Below are positions 25,832 through 35,305 of a stretch of 64,000 nt of DNA, piece by piece. The position numbers were made by a program, and so were the translations under genes. Where the stretch lies: the IMG/VR virus record IMGVR_UViG_3300023084_000004; one strand, given 5' to 3'. The stretch is from a virus. Below the pieces are notes generated by a model. That model ran no database searches. It was not told the DNA's origin and saw nothing but the letters and a program-made list of their open reading frames with translations. Each line of letters starts with the position of its first letter. Positions within the stretch are counted from its first letter, which is position 1.

Positions 25832-25954
25832 ATGTATTATTTCATCGTTGAACAAATCTCAGATAGCATAATGAAAATCATTCCTGAGAGTGATTCTCAC
25901 TTATTGCAATCTGGTGGATTGAGATTAATCGAAAGAGTTTTCATTCCACTATAA
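25832..25954 (+). CDS. 40-aa hypothetical protein (not in track)
   Basis: MYYFIVEQIS..., GGAG RBS. Confidence 0.55.
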   Translation: MYYFIVEQISDSIMKIIPESDSHLLQSGGLRLIERVFIPL

Positions 25955-25966
25955 GTTATAATAATA

Positions 25967-26202
25967 GGGGCTTCTAGCTCGGGGTAGCGGCAGGACTATG
26001 ATTAACAATTCTACACTAATTAACGAATTACGTTAACAAAATCCACCGCCCCAATTTTTAGGTAATTTGAAACACTAAGTTAGTCACTTAGGCTTTTAGA
26101 AAAGCGCAAAGAACAAATGACGATTGTGACTGCGGAGTTCAATACTTAGGCGGATCTTTACATACCTTTGATTGGTGTATATGGAAGGTCCGCCGTTTTT
26201 TT
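25967..26202 (+). ncRNA. candidate structured non-coding RNA(s) upstream of tRNA
   Basis: No ORF longer than about 30 codons; three hand-folded multi-stem elements (see findings). Confidence 0.4.
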
Positions 26203-26208
26203 ATGTAT

Positions 26209-26283
26209 GGCCCGTTCGTCTAGTGGTTAGGACACATGGTTTTCATCCATGCAACAGGAGTTCGATTCTCCTACGGGCTGCCA
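26209..26283 (+). tRNA. trnE: tRNA-Glu (anticodon TTC)
   Basis: GGCCCGT/ACGGGCT acceptor stem, D-loop TAGTGGTTAG, CATGG-TT TTC AT-CCATG, AGGAG-TTCGATT-CTCCT, encoded CCA. Confidence 0.96.
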
Positions 26284-26296
26284 ACTGAATAATATT

Positions 26297-26527
26297 ATGA
26301 ATATAAGCGAAAGAACCAAAAGAATACACAGAGAAACAGGAACACAAGTTGGGACTGGATTGTTAGTCAATTATCCACTTAACTTATCTTTGTTGTATAT
26401 TTTTATTGAAAAGGTTGGTATTAATGATCCTTTATTATTAGGAACAATGGTTACTTGCGTGATGACTATTGTTGCTTACACAAGAATCTTTCTGATTCGA
26501 TCATACTTTGATAAACACCCCAAATAA
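26297..26527 (+). CDS. small two-TM membrane protein
   Basis: MNISERTK...; the track start at 26249 lies inside the tRNA. Confidence 0.6.
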   Translation: MNISERTKRIHRETGTQVGTGLLVNYPLNLSLLYIFIEKVGINDPLLLGTMVTCVMTIVAYTRIFLIRSYFDKHPK

Positions 26528-26556
26528 AAAAAGGGACCCTGAAAGGATCCCTTTAA
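26526..26556. terminator. bidirectional terminator
   Basis: A-tract, AAAGGGA-C-CC-TGAAA-GG-A-TCCCTTT, between convergent genes. Confidence 0.75.
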
Positions 26557-26608
26557 AGATTGGTAGGTGAACCCTACTCTTCTTATTGATGAAAAGTTTT
26601 TTCTAAGC

Positions 26609-27931
26609 TTAGAATAAGTTAGAAACAATAACTTTTCTGTAGTACTGGTTAAGGTCTGCAGTAAGAGCACCAAGACCTTGAGCTGTACCATGAGCAAATG
26701 GATTAGCAACCATGCCATAACGAGTTTTGAACCCGATTTTTGGCTGGAAGCTATTCTCACCAACTGCTCTAACCATTTGTAATGGAACGTATGGGCAATA
26801 GAATAAACCTGCGTCAAAAGCAGATGAACCTTTGTACCCAACTACTAAGTAGTTTGCGCCTGCGAATGGATCAACATACACTCTGAAACGTCCGTTAAGA
26901 ACACCAGCAAAAGTATTACCAGTATCATCAACTTCTAAAGAGTTGCTGTTAAGAGCAGGAGCGTAATCCAATACACCAGCCATTTGCAATGCAGAAGCTA
27001 CGTCTGAAGAACAAATAACGATGTTACCTTTCCCTCTACGTGTTCCTTTTGCAATAGCGTTAGCTTCTTGTTCAATCTGGAACATAAGTCCTTTGAACTT
27101 CTCAACTGACCATCTGCCGTTAGCATCAACGTCTAAGTCGAAAGTACCTGGAACTGCTGTTCCTGTTGCACCTGGAAACGCTGTGCTATAGATTGTTCTA
27201 ACAACTTCTCTGTTGATTTCTGTTAAGATTTCAGACTGAAGAATGTTAGCAAGTTCTGTTTCAGCGTCTAAGCCATGAACTGCTCTTAAGTCTTGAGCAA
27301 GTTCAGTTGTGTATTCAGCTTTCAAAGCACGTGTTTTCGCTGATACTGTAACTTTCTCAATTGAGAATGCCATTTCAGCAAAGTTTGTACCTTGACCATC
27401 ACCTAGAGCTTCTGCAGCTGCAGTAGTCATACCAGTACCAGTTGTAATTAACTGAGTATTAGCATTTGGTAATGTGTTAGCGTGAGCTCCTGTACCTGAG
27501 AAGTCTGTATCAGCTTCGTTGTACATAGCTTCAGCGCCACCTTGTGAACCATACTTAGCTCTCATCGCGAAGATAAGACCTGTAGGACCAGTCATAGGCT
27601 GAACACCACAGATATCGTAAGCGATAAGGTTAGGAATAGCTCTTCTTACTAATGAGATCAAAATAGGGTCGTAACCAGCTGTTGGACCAGCTGCTGCATT
27701 TCCTGGAGATACACTTGCAGAGAAACCACCTGTACCAGCGTCGTTAGCTGGTGCTTCAGAAAGAAGACTTGTCATGTTTGCAGACAAGTCACCTGTTTCA
27801 GCAAGTGCTCTTTCAGTGTTTTCAAGAATAGTCGCAGTTACGGCTTTTCTATGTTGATCGTTAATTGGTGAAAAAGATTCGTGATCCAAAATTGGAGTCC
27901 ACTTTTCCACTAAGGCTTGATAATTAGACAT
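26609..27931 (-). CDS. gp23: major capsid protein
   Basis: P.LISLVRR..PNLIAYDICGVQPM.GPTGLIFAMR, RALKAEY..ELAQDL.A.HGLDAE, YCPYVPLQM, FQPKIGFKTRYG. Confidence 0.98.
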   Translation of the reverse strand: MSNYQALVEKWTPILDHESFSPINDQHRKAVTATILENTERALAETGDLSANMTSLLSEAPANDAGTGGFSASVSPGNAAAGPTAGYDPILISLVRRAIPNLIAYDICGVQPMTGPTGLIFAMRAKYGSQGGAEAMYNEADTDFSGTGAHANTLPNANTQLITTGTGMTTAAAEALGDGQGTNFAEMAFSIEKVTVSAKTRALKAEYTTELAQDLRAVHGLDAETELANILQSEILTEINREVVRTIYSTAFPGATGTAVPGTFDLDVDANGRWSVEKFKGLMFQIEQEANAIAKGTRRGKGNIVICSSDVASALQMAGVLDYAPALNSNSLEVDDTGNTFAGVLNGRFRVYVDPFAGANYLVVGYKGSSAFDAGLFYCPYVPLQMVRAVGENSFQPKIGFKTRYGMVANPFAHGTAQGLGALTADLNQYYRKVIVSNLF

Positions 27932-27981
27932 TTTTGTCTCCTTTATTTAATTAACGTTTATTATTAAAAAAAACCAATTTA

Positions 27982-28983
27982 TTAATTATTCTTTTTTCTG
28001 TCGAGTGCTTCAACAAGAGCATTAATAGAAGCGTAATCAGAAGCTGGTTTTTTAACTTCCTGTTCTTCTAGAATAATTTCGTCTTCTTCGACTTCTTCTA
28101 CTTTAGGTGCGGCAACTTTGCCTTCGCTAAAGAAAGATTCTTTGATTACTTGAAGATTATCTGCATAAGCTTCTAAATCTTCAACATCGAGTTTTTCAGA
28201 AAGTACTTTAAATCTTTCTTTTTGATTTTCAGAAAGACCTTCAGTCATTTCTTCGAAAACTCTTTCAGCTTTAATAGAAGAAATTGCTCTTTGAAGCTCA
28301 ATGTTCTCGTTAACGAGTTCATTTGATTTCTCTTCTAAGTCTGAAACTTGTGTTTCCAAGTCAGCTACTACGTCGAATGTTTCGTCGTCAATAGTAACAT
28401 TGTGTTCTGCGAAAAGAGTTTTAAGACCATTCATTAAAGACTCTGCCATTTCTACTTTAATGCCAGCTTCTACAGCGATCTTGTTCTCTTCCATCCACTC
28501 GCCAACTACGTAATCAAGATACTTGTCTACATTTTCAACAACATCTTTCATACGAGTTTCAATTGACTCGCTTAATTCTACTTCAAGCTTTTCTTCAAGC
28601 TCTGAACGAATAGCTTCTACTTGGGTTTTGACCTGTTCGTTTACTGCTGCTTCAAAAACAACTTCGATTTTGTTTTTGAATTCTTCAGAAAGTTCTTCTC
28701 CATCGATGATAGAAGCAATAGATTCTGCTACAACAACTTCTTCTACAGTTTCAGTTTCTTCTTCAACTGCATCTTCAGCGATTGCTACTTCTTCTGTTTC
28801 TACTTCTTCAGCTGTAGGAACTTTTTCTCCGGCCTTTTCTTGACCAGGAGTTTTTACGTCATGCTCTTTAGGCTTGTCGTCTTTTTTAGGCTTTCTGTTA
28901 CCTTCACCACCCTCAGGGGCTTGAGGTGTAGGGACAGTTGAAATACCGTCGTCAGCAACGAATGTATTTTTGTCGTCTGCCAT
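27982..28983 (-). CDS. gp22: prohead core scaffold protein
   Basis: Acidic coiled coil, LSEEFK.K...VFEAAV, VD.YL.YVV.EW..EN..A.E.GI. Confidence 0.92.
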   Translation of the reverse strand: MADDKNTFVADDGISTVPTPQAPEGGEGNRKPKKDDKPKEHDVKTPGQEKAGEKVPTAEEVETEEVAIAEDAVEEETETVEEVVVAESIASIIDGEELSEEFKNKIEVVFEAAVNEQVKTQVEAIRSELEEKLEVELSESIETRMKDVVENVDKYLDYVVGEWMEENKIAVEAGIKVEMAESLMNGLKTLFAEHNVTIDDETFDVVADLETQVSDLEEKSNELVNENIELQRAISSIKAERVFEEMTEGLSENQKERFKVLSEKLDVEDLEAYADNLQVIKESFFSEGKVAAPKVEEVEEDEIILEEQEVKKPASDYASINALVEALDRKKNN

Positions 28984-29048
28984 AATGTTTTCTCCTTTAA
29001 TATGTTTTAGTACAAAATTAATCTGACTGCAAATTATTTATTAAAAAG

Positions 29049-29732
29049 TTATTTTCTCAAAGAACGAACGAATGTTGTAAACATTCTTGCTGCCGTTTCT
29101 TCATCAATTTTTCTTACCACTCGATTGATTTTTTTCTCAACTTCTTCTACAATCTCTTCGATTACCTGCTCAACTTCTTGAGCTCTCCAAGATGCAGAAG
29201 CAATGTCGTAGTAATACTCTCTATTCTCCATAATGCCGTTCACAAAAGCATTAGGAGCTGAAGGATCAGTTACAATATCAACTGTTGCTAAATGGAAATC
29301 CTTTTGAACTTCCATAACACCGTCCTTCAATTGCTTTACCGAGCCTAAACCTCTTGTTGAAACGCCGATTTTAACTCCTTCGTCAAGCAATGATTTAACA
29401 ATTTCACCCATAGGAGTTGTTAAAATTTTTGCTTTACCGTAAAAGTCATTACCTTCACGTTTCATACTAGTGATCAAGTGAGAAACACGATCTCCGTTGA
29501 TTGTTGGACCGTCAGGATGTCCTAATTCACCAAGAGATCTTTTTTGTTCAATGAAATCCTTTTGATAACGATTCATTTCACCTTCTAAAGTATCACTTGG
29601 GTAAATTCTTCCATTGCGGTTTTTGATATTACCTTGCATGAAGATACCTTCGATAAAATAATTCTTTTTACCGTCTTCTTTTGCTTCGGTAATAACTTCG
29701 CAAGTTTCGTTTACTTCAGTTATTAGTTTCAT
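29049..29732 (-). CDS. gp21: prohead protease
   Basis: MKLITE, IEGIFMQ...NRNGR.YP, GELGHP, GVS.RG.GS, DIV.DPSAP.AFV. Confidence 0.97.
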   Translation of the reverse strand: MKLITEVNETCEVITEAKEDGKKNYFIEGIFMQGNIKNRNGRIYPSDTLEGEMNRYQKDFIEQKRSLGELGHPDGPTINGDRVSHLITSMKREGNDFYGKAKILTTPMGEIVKSLLDEGVKIGVSTRGLGSVKQLKDGVMEVQKDFHLATVDIVTDPSAPNAFVNGIMENREYYYDIASASWRAQEVEQVIEEIVEEVEKKINRVVRKIDEETAARMFTTFVRSLRK

Positions 29733-29762
29733 GTTTCTTACCCTATCTATAAATCTTTTAAA

Positions 29763-29770
29763 TATTTATA
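29763..29770 (-). promoter_or_regulatory. T4-type late promoter
   Basis: TATAAATA upstream of gp21. Confidence 0.75.
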
Positions 29771-29773
29771 ACT

Positions 29774-30013
29774 TTAAGGAATACCATTAGCATTCCTATT
29801 ATCATAGAAATTTTTTGATAGTTCTCCCCGCTCTGCGGTTTCTCCTACCTTTCTAACCTTTACATAGGTGTATTGAGCATTTCCACCTGTAGGAGTATAT
29901 GTTCTTACTCCTAAAGCTGTAGTGCCATTAGCATCTGAATAAGTATCTGATGCTGTAGCGGCATTGTCGTATTCCCAAATTCCGTTAGAACCGAGAACAG
30001 AAACCCATGCCAT
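29774..30013 (-). CDS. small hypothetical virion-region protein
   Basis: 79-aa ORF, TAATG-coupled to the upstream gene. Confidence 0.6.
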   Translation of the reverse strand: MAWVSVLGSNGIWEYDNAATASDTYSDANGTTALGVRTYTPTGGNAQYTYVKVRKVGETAERGELSKNFYDNRNANGIP

Positions 30014-31143
30014 TATACACCTGCTGTTTTAGCAAAATCTAAAATTTCTTTAAACCCTTTTTCATCTCTCATGAAAATAGTTTGCATTTCTTCTTTGTTC
30101 TTTCTGTCTTTTAAACCTTTGAATAAATCATTTAAGAGCTTAGAATCTTGTGGAGTAACTCTTACTCTCTTTTTATTATTTAATTGCATAAACCCAGGCT
30201 TTACTACCACTGGTTTAAAAGCTGCTTCTTCAACGTTTTCTACTTCTTCTTTAAACTTTTGCTTATATTGAGATTTGAGTTGACTCATTAGAACATTTGC
30301 TTCGTCTTCATCTTTAACCATTCTAAAGATAATATCGCCACCATCATAATCAAAGAAACGCTCTACATCACGCTTTGATTTCATATTTTCTTTTTCGGCA
30401 GCTTTTCTTACTGCTGCACTAACAGCAGCTCTATCATAAGCTTCGGCTACTTTTCCTTTGCCGCCACAATGTGGACAATCTTCATCACATCCACAACCTT
30501 CTTTAGTAATTTCATTTCCGCAACATTCACATTTTTCTTCATGAAGAAGGCTTGCAATTTCTTCGTCAACAGACTCGTATGTTTCTTCCATATCATCGTC
30601 ATCGACATCAATATCTTTTTCAGCTTCTGCTGCTTTCTTTGAACCTACTGCATAAGCATGTAATGATTTAACATTACCGAATACTTGTGCTAATTTATTT
30701 TGCCACCATTCTTCTGGATCTAAATCGTCTGTTGCTAAAAATTCCATAAGATCTTCTGCTGCATAACAGATATAATGAAGTTGCTTCATCATCATTGGAA
30801 TTTCTTCTTGGGGACTTTCAAGAAGATCTTCTTCTGAAGTGATTTTGTTCATTAAATCTTTAAAAGAAACTTGAGTATTTTCTTTTCTTAATGCACCACC
30901 GCCAATATCTCTTGGCATTTTAAATGGCTTGTCTTGTTTTTCTAAATGAGGATCGTAATTAGTATCGCCTTCTTGATCGGCTGGTCTTGGTTTACGCTCT
31001 ACACCTTCGATCTCACCTGTAAATTGACTATCAGGAGCGACTGGGTGTTTAATCAATTCGATCTTATGTAGATCTTTAAATTTCTTCTCGTCGCCACTTT
31101 TCGGCTGGGCGATTTCTGAGAGAATATCTTTAAAGTTTTTCAT
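30013..31143 (-). CDS. prohead core-like acidic protein with Cys-rich insert (gp67/gp68 position)
   Basis: Position between gp20 and gp21; E-rich; CECC..GCGC..CPHC segment. Confidence 0.5.
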   Translation of the reverse strand: MKNFKDILSEIAQPKSGDEKKFKDLHKIELIKHPVAPDSQFTGEIEGVERKPRPADQEGDTNYDPHLEKQDKPFKMPRDIGGGALRKENTQVSFKDLMNKITSEEDLLESPQEEIPMMMKQLHYICYAAEDLMEFLATDDLDPEEWWQNKLAQVFGNVKSLHAYAVGSKKAAEAEKDIDVDDDDMEETYESVDEEIASLLHEEKCECCGNEITKEGCGCDEDCPHCGGKGKVAEAYDRAAVSAAVRKAAEKENMKSKRDVERFFDYDGGDIIFRMVKDEDEANVLMSQLKSQYKQKFKEEVENVEEAAFKPVVVKPGFMQLNNKKRVRVTPQDSKLLNDLFKGLKDRKNKEEMQTIFMRDEKGFKEILDFAKTAGV

Positions 31144-31176
31144 TGTTAAGTCCCTATTTTATTTGATATTATTTTT

Positions 31177-31184
31177 TATTTATA
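31177..31184 (-). promoter_or_regulatory. T4-type late promoter
   Basis: TATAAATA upstream of ATG 31143. Confidence 0.7.
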
Positions 31185-32720
31185 TTAAAATGGATTACCT
31201 GAGTCCATGTCTTCGTCGCCTTCATCAGGTGCCGCCGCTTTTTCTGCTTCCATCTGATCCGTCATTTCATTAAATTCTTCTTCTGACATTTGAAGAACAT
31301 TTCTTATTACCCATTCTCTTGAATAATATTTTCCAATTTGTTCTTCAACATCTCTAAGAGTATTTAATCTTTCTCTTAAAATTTCAGCATTTTTCAATTC
31401 GTCATAATAACTATCTCTAGCAAAATCATAACGAATATCATTTCTAATTTCATCGAACTCTTCAGGTGTTAAAATACCTTTAAGTACCAATTGTTTTTCT
31501 AGCATAATAGTAAATATCCAAGAAAAACGTGATCTGATACGTTTAATAAACTTTCCAAACTTTAACTCGTCTCTGGTAATTTCAGATGTTCTACCAAAGT
31601 TCGCCATTGTTTCAGGCTCTAAACGCGTTAAAGGTACTTTCAACGCTTTATATAATTTACGTTGAAAATACGTCATGTTTTCGTCGTTGCTTAAACCTTG
31701 AGCACTACCACCTGCTAATGTATCAACCTCTGTGGTACGCTCACCGCCTCGACGTGGGAACCAAAAGTCCTCAGTCATTGTCAACATTTTACGAGAATCT
31801 GTAATCTCACCTGTTGACGAATTATATTGAAGTTTATTCTTATGGCGAGTCATCATATCTCTAAGATATTGTTCCGCCTTATTCTTAGGTAAATTACCTA
31901 CATCAATATAAAAAATTCTTCTTTCAGGAGCTCTAGTCAATGTATAAATGACTGTTGCGTCCTCCAGCATTCTTAACTGATTCAATGGCTTAATTGCTGG
32001 ATGTAAATGAGATAATACTAAACTATTATTCTCATTCATCAATCCTGAAGTAACTCTAGCAATAGAGTCCTTCGCAATCTTAAAACCAACAGTTGAACCG
32101 CTGACACTAGTTGCTCCAAATCCGTTTTCTGAATACATATAGTATTCATTTTTTACTTTCTTGACTGGAGCACCTGAATGCTTGTCTTTAACTTTCTTAT
32201 CCATTTCTCGGATAAGTTTGAGCTTACGAGGATCACAATAACGTAATTCTTGTATGCCACCTTTTAAGTTCTCTGGATCGATGACGATATGATAGTTCAA
32301 TCTACCATCGATATAGAACTTATAAAACATATCATAACCTTGGTTAGAAATATCTAATAAGGTTAAGATATTATGAAATTCATCAACAATTTTATCTTTA
32401 ACTTTGTCTGGTAAATCTGTTTCTCCCAGACTAATGTCAACTACACTTTCATCTAATTCAATTGAAATGGCTTCGTTAACAATATCATCAACAGCTTGTG
32501 CAATTTCTGGTTGCAATGCCATCTGTCTGTACTTAGTGATAAGTTCAGATTCCGACTTAGCGGAACCTTCCATATCAAGTAAAGTACTATAAAAACCACC
32601 GAGCGAATTACCACTAACGGTAATCGCCCCATCATCGTTTTGAGGTTCGACAAACGAAAGAGCTCTTTCATCTACTTTTTCGTCTTCTGGCCTCTTTATT
32701 TCAAAGCCAAATATTTTCAT
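31185..32720 (-). CDS. gp20: portal vertex protein
   Basis: S.LH.AIKP.NQLRM.ED..VIY...RAPERRIFYIDVGNLPK.KAEQYL, EDFW.PRR.G...TE..TL.GG. Confidence 0.98.
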   Translation of the reverse strand: MKIFGFEIKRPEDEKVDERALSFVEPQNDDGAITVSGNSLGGFYSTLLDMEGSAKSESELITKYRQMALQPEIAQAVDDIVNEAISIELDESVVDISLGETDLPDKVKDKIVDEFHNILTLLDISNQGYDMFYKFYIDGRLNYHIVIDPENLKGGIQELRYCDPRKLKLIREMDKKVKDKHSGAPVKKVKNEYYMYSENGFGATSVSGSTVGFKIAKDSIARVTSGLMNENNSLVLSHLHPAIKPLNQLRMLEDATVIYTLTRAPERRIFYIDVGNLPKNKAEQYLRDMMTRHKNKLQYNSSTGEITDSRKMLTMTEDFWFPRRGGERTTEVDTLAGGSAQGLSNDENMTYFQRKLYKALKVPLTRLEPETMANFGRTSEITRDELKFGKFIKRIRSRFSWIFTIMLEKQLVLKGILTPEEFDEIRNDIRYDFARDSYYDELKNAEILRERLNTLRDVEEQIGKYYSREWVIRNVLQMSEEEFNEMTDQMEAEKAAAPDEGDEDMDSGNPF

Positions 32721-32736
32721 TCTATATACCTATAAA

Positions 32737-33270
32737 TTATGTAGTTGGAATTCCAGTTGTTCCTTCAACTCTCCAGAAGTCGTATTGGAACGTAACTGTA
32801 AATTCTTCAATTGTATCTGTTGTACCCCAATCCATTTGGATTTGATCAATAGTCACTGGGTACAATCCTTCAAACACATAAGATCTAATTGCGTCTCCGT
32901 CTTTACTATATTGTGTAATTAAACCATTTGATTTATAATCAGCTGGAAGTGATCTTAAATTGCCATCATGTGTATTAATAGCGTTTGACCAAGCTTCCAT
33001 AGCGTTTCTAACGAGGAAATCTTCATCGTTAATAACTGTTACTGTCCAATCTTCAAACGTCCTGTCTCCGGCATACTTAACCTGACGGCCAAAATATGGT
33101 GCTGTAAAAGAACCCAATGAAGAGCCGGGGATACCCGCGGCTCTTACCATGAAAGGAACTTTAAAGTCGGCTTCAGGAGCAACAGGGTTTAAGATTTGAA
33201 CCTGGAAAAGAGTTGGACGAGCGCCACCACCAACAAGTTGGGATTTGAACTCGTTAATATTAAATGCCAT
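32737..33270 (-). CDS. gp19: tail tube protein
   Basis: GGARP.LF.V, GR.VK.AGDRTF.DWTVTV.NDEDF, IEEFTVTF.YD.W. Confidence 0.96.
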   Translation of the reverse strand: MAFNINEFKSQLVGGGARPTLFQVQILNPVAPEADFKVPFMVRAAGIPGSSLGSFTAPYFGRQVKYAGDRTFEDWTVTVINDEDFLVRNAMEAWSNAINTHDGNLRSLPADYKSNGLITQYSKDGDAIRSYVFEGLYPVTIDQIQMDWGTTDTIEEFTVTFQYDFWRVEGTTGIPTT

Positions 33271-33301
33271 GTTCGTGTTCTCCTATTTTCTTAATTATTT
33301 A

Positions 33302-35224
33302 TTAACCAATTGAGCCAACAATTTCTTCAAATTCAACACCACTTCTTGTTGCAACAAATGTTAATTCAATAACATTTATGCTTCTAGCAGGCTTGATAAA
33401 GATATTTGCTCTAAATTTACCAGCATCCACGATTTCAGGAGTGTTTACTGTTGTATCAGATACTACTCTAAAGTCGATAATACCACGTCTACCTTGAATT
33501 TCTCTCAAGAATGGTTCAACAATATTTTTGAACTGAGTTTGTGAGAATTCATCGTTGAGTTCGAATAAGAAAGATTGAGCTGCGTTAGCAATTGCTTTTT
33601 CAACCGCAATAAAGAGTCTTCTTACATTGATTCTGTCAAATGCACTTGGTAAACCAAGACCTGTCTTATCACCAAATAGTACAATTCCTTGTCCTACTTG
33701 ACTCATTACAGGGTTAACATCTGAAGAGTATAATTGATCTCTTTGTGTTTTATTAGGATTAAAAGCAAGTTTTACAACATTCTTAATTACACCTTTACGG
33801 AAACCAGCTGGTGATTCAAAAGGTTCAACTCTTGAAGCAAGACCTGCTGTATCTCCATTTAATGGAACATAACGGTATGTATCGTTGTACTTATCGTATC
33901 TGTATTTGTATCCACTATCCATAAACCAGTATGAAGAGTTTTGTAATTTGTTACGATATGCAATGACGTTGTTAAGTTTTGCATTTGTTTTATTTTCGTC
34001 TACTACATCAGCTTTAGAAGGTGAAATAAATGCTACTGCATCTTTTCTGTAATCTGCGATATTAGAAATGATGTAGTTAGCAAGCGTTCCGGCTTGGTCA
34101 CCCTTACCTTGAAGTACGAATGAAACATCGATTTCATTTGCAGATTTGAAAAGATCATATCCTGCAGCAAGAGGTCCTAATGCAACACTTGATTCTGATG
34201 TACCATCAGTACCATTTTCAAGTGTTTCATATGAACTGTTTGAACCAACTGCTTCAAAATGTGTAGTATTTGCAACTTCAACCCATGAAGAGCCATTGCG
34301 TATTACGTCTACGTAGTAATTTGTTGTTCCGTCTGATAGTTTTGCTGTGGATGTTGTTGAAACGTCTGTATAAAGTTCCAATGCAGTTCCAGCTTGACCA
34401 GAGATTGTACCATCGTTATCAATTACAGCAATGTGATAGTTTCCACTTTGCGGTGCTCTACCAAACCAACTTGAATATTTCCACTTTCTATTAATAGAAA
34501 GTTTATTAAGATCAGTTTCTGCTAATCTCCAAGATGAACCAAACCCAATTGCGTAATCATACGCAGTTAATGTTTGTGTATTTGCAGTTTCATCGCCGGC
34601 TGAATCTCTCATTGTTTCACTAAATGAACTTACTTCGAGCTCTTGGTAACCTACTGAATCGTTTCCAATTACTAGAATATCACCAACTTCAACGGTTCCA
34701 GGAGCAATTCTATTTGCTGGAGCTACTTCAAAGTCAACTGTTGTGTCGTTGAATTCTAATGTTTGCTGAATTTGTGTGTTACCTGTTAATTGAGAAGATG
34801 TAATGTCACCGACATCAAGAAGGTCATTTGAGAAGCTTGATTCCTTAACATAAGCAACATCGATTGAGTTACCTAGTGCACCAGGATATAAGGCGTCAAA
34901 AGCACCAAAAGTGTGCAATTGTGTATTTGCACTTGATGTATCAGATGCAGATGCCTTTACAGCACCATTATCTACTCTAGCCACGTAAAGAGCATTTGCA
35001 TAAGAAAGGTAGTCTGCTGCTACAAAAAATGTTTCGTAATTGTCATCGCTGGGTTTGCCGAAGCGATTTACTAATCCATTTTCTGAAGAAATAAGAACTG
35101 CCTCGCCTACAGGACCCCATCTAAAAACACCCGCAATTGCAGCAGGTGGTGTTGCGATGGCTGGTACCGCTGCTGATGCGTCCACTTCGCGAACTATTAC
35201 GGAAGGACTTACGGAAAAAGCCAT
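33302..35224 (-). CDS. gp18: tail sheath protein
   Basis: SP.V.VRE.D, AG.F.WGP, GDKT....SAFDRINVRRLF, FELNDEF, IFIKPARSIN.I.L.FVATR. Confidence 0.98.
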   Translation of the reverse strand: MAFSVSPSVIVREVDASAAVPAIATPPAAIAGVFRWGPVGEAVLISSENGLVNRFGKPSDDNYETFFVAADYLSYANALYVARVDNGAVKASASDTSSANTQLHTFGAFDALYPGALGNSIDVAYVKESSFSNDLLDVGDITSSQLTGNTQIQQTLEFNDTTVDFEVAPANRIAPGTVEVGDILVIGNDSVGYQELEVSSFSETMRDSAGDETANTQTLTAYDYAIGFGSSWRLAETDLNKLSINRKWKYSSWFGRAPQSGNYHIAVIDNDGTISGQAGTALELYTDVSTTSTAKLSDGTTNYYVDVIRNGSSWVEVANTTHFEAVGSNSSYETLENGTDGTSESSVALGPLAAGYDLFKSANEIDVSFVLQGKGDQAGTLANYIISNIADYRKDAVAFISPSKADVVDENKTNAKLNNVIAYRNKLQNSSYWFMDSGYKYRYDKYNDTYRYVPLNGDTAGLASRVEPFESPAGFRKGVIKNVVKLAFNPNKTQRDQLYSSDVNPVMSQVGQGIVLFGDKTGLGLPSAFDRINVRRLFIAVEKAIANAAQSFLFELNDEFSQTQFKNIVEPFLREIQGRRGIIDFRVVSDTTVNTPEIVDAGKFRANIFIKPARSINVIELTFVATRSGVEFEEIVGSIG

Positions 35225-35285
35225 ATTATTCTCCTTTAATATTATCTATTTAAAAAACCTAGTCTAATTTTAGTTATCACTGATT

Positions 35286-35293
35286 TATTTATA
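35286..35293 (-). promoter_or_regulatory. T4-type late promoter
   Basis: TATAAATA upstream of gp18. Confidence 0.75.
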
Positions 35294-35305
35294 AAATGAA
35301 TGAAT

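Noticed and set aside
25967-26283. Possible tmRNA (GGGGC 5' end, AAATGACGAT resembling a tag start)
   Set aside because: No matching tmRNA acceptor/T-arm 3' end and no A-A-stop tag frame; the only CCA-ended cloverleaf is tRNA-Glu
26249-26296. Track start of the 92-aa ORF
   Set aside because: Lies within tRNA-Glu; ATG 26297 is the plausible start
28301-28941. + strand ORFs opposite gp22, and similar shadow ORFs opposite gp17, gp18, gp20, the cyclase, guaC-region genes and the fibres
   Set aside because: Antisense or alternate frames of well-supported genes, with no RBS or promoter and composition that mirrors the real gene
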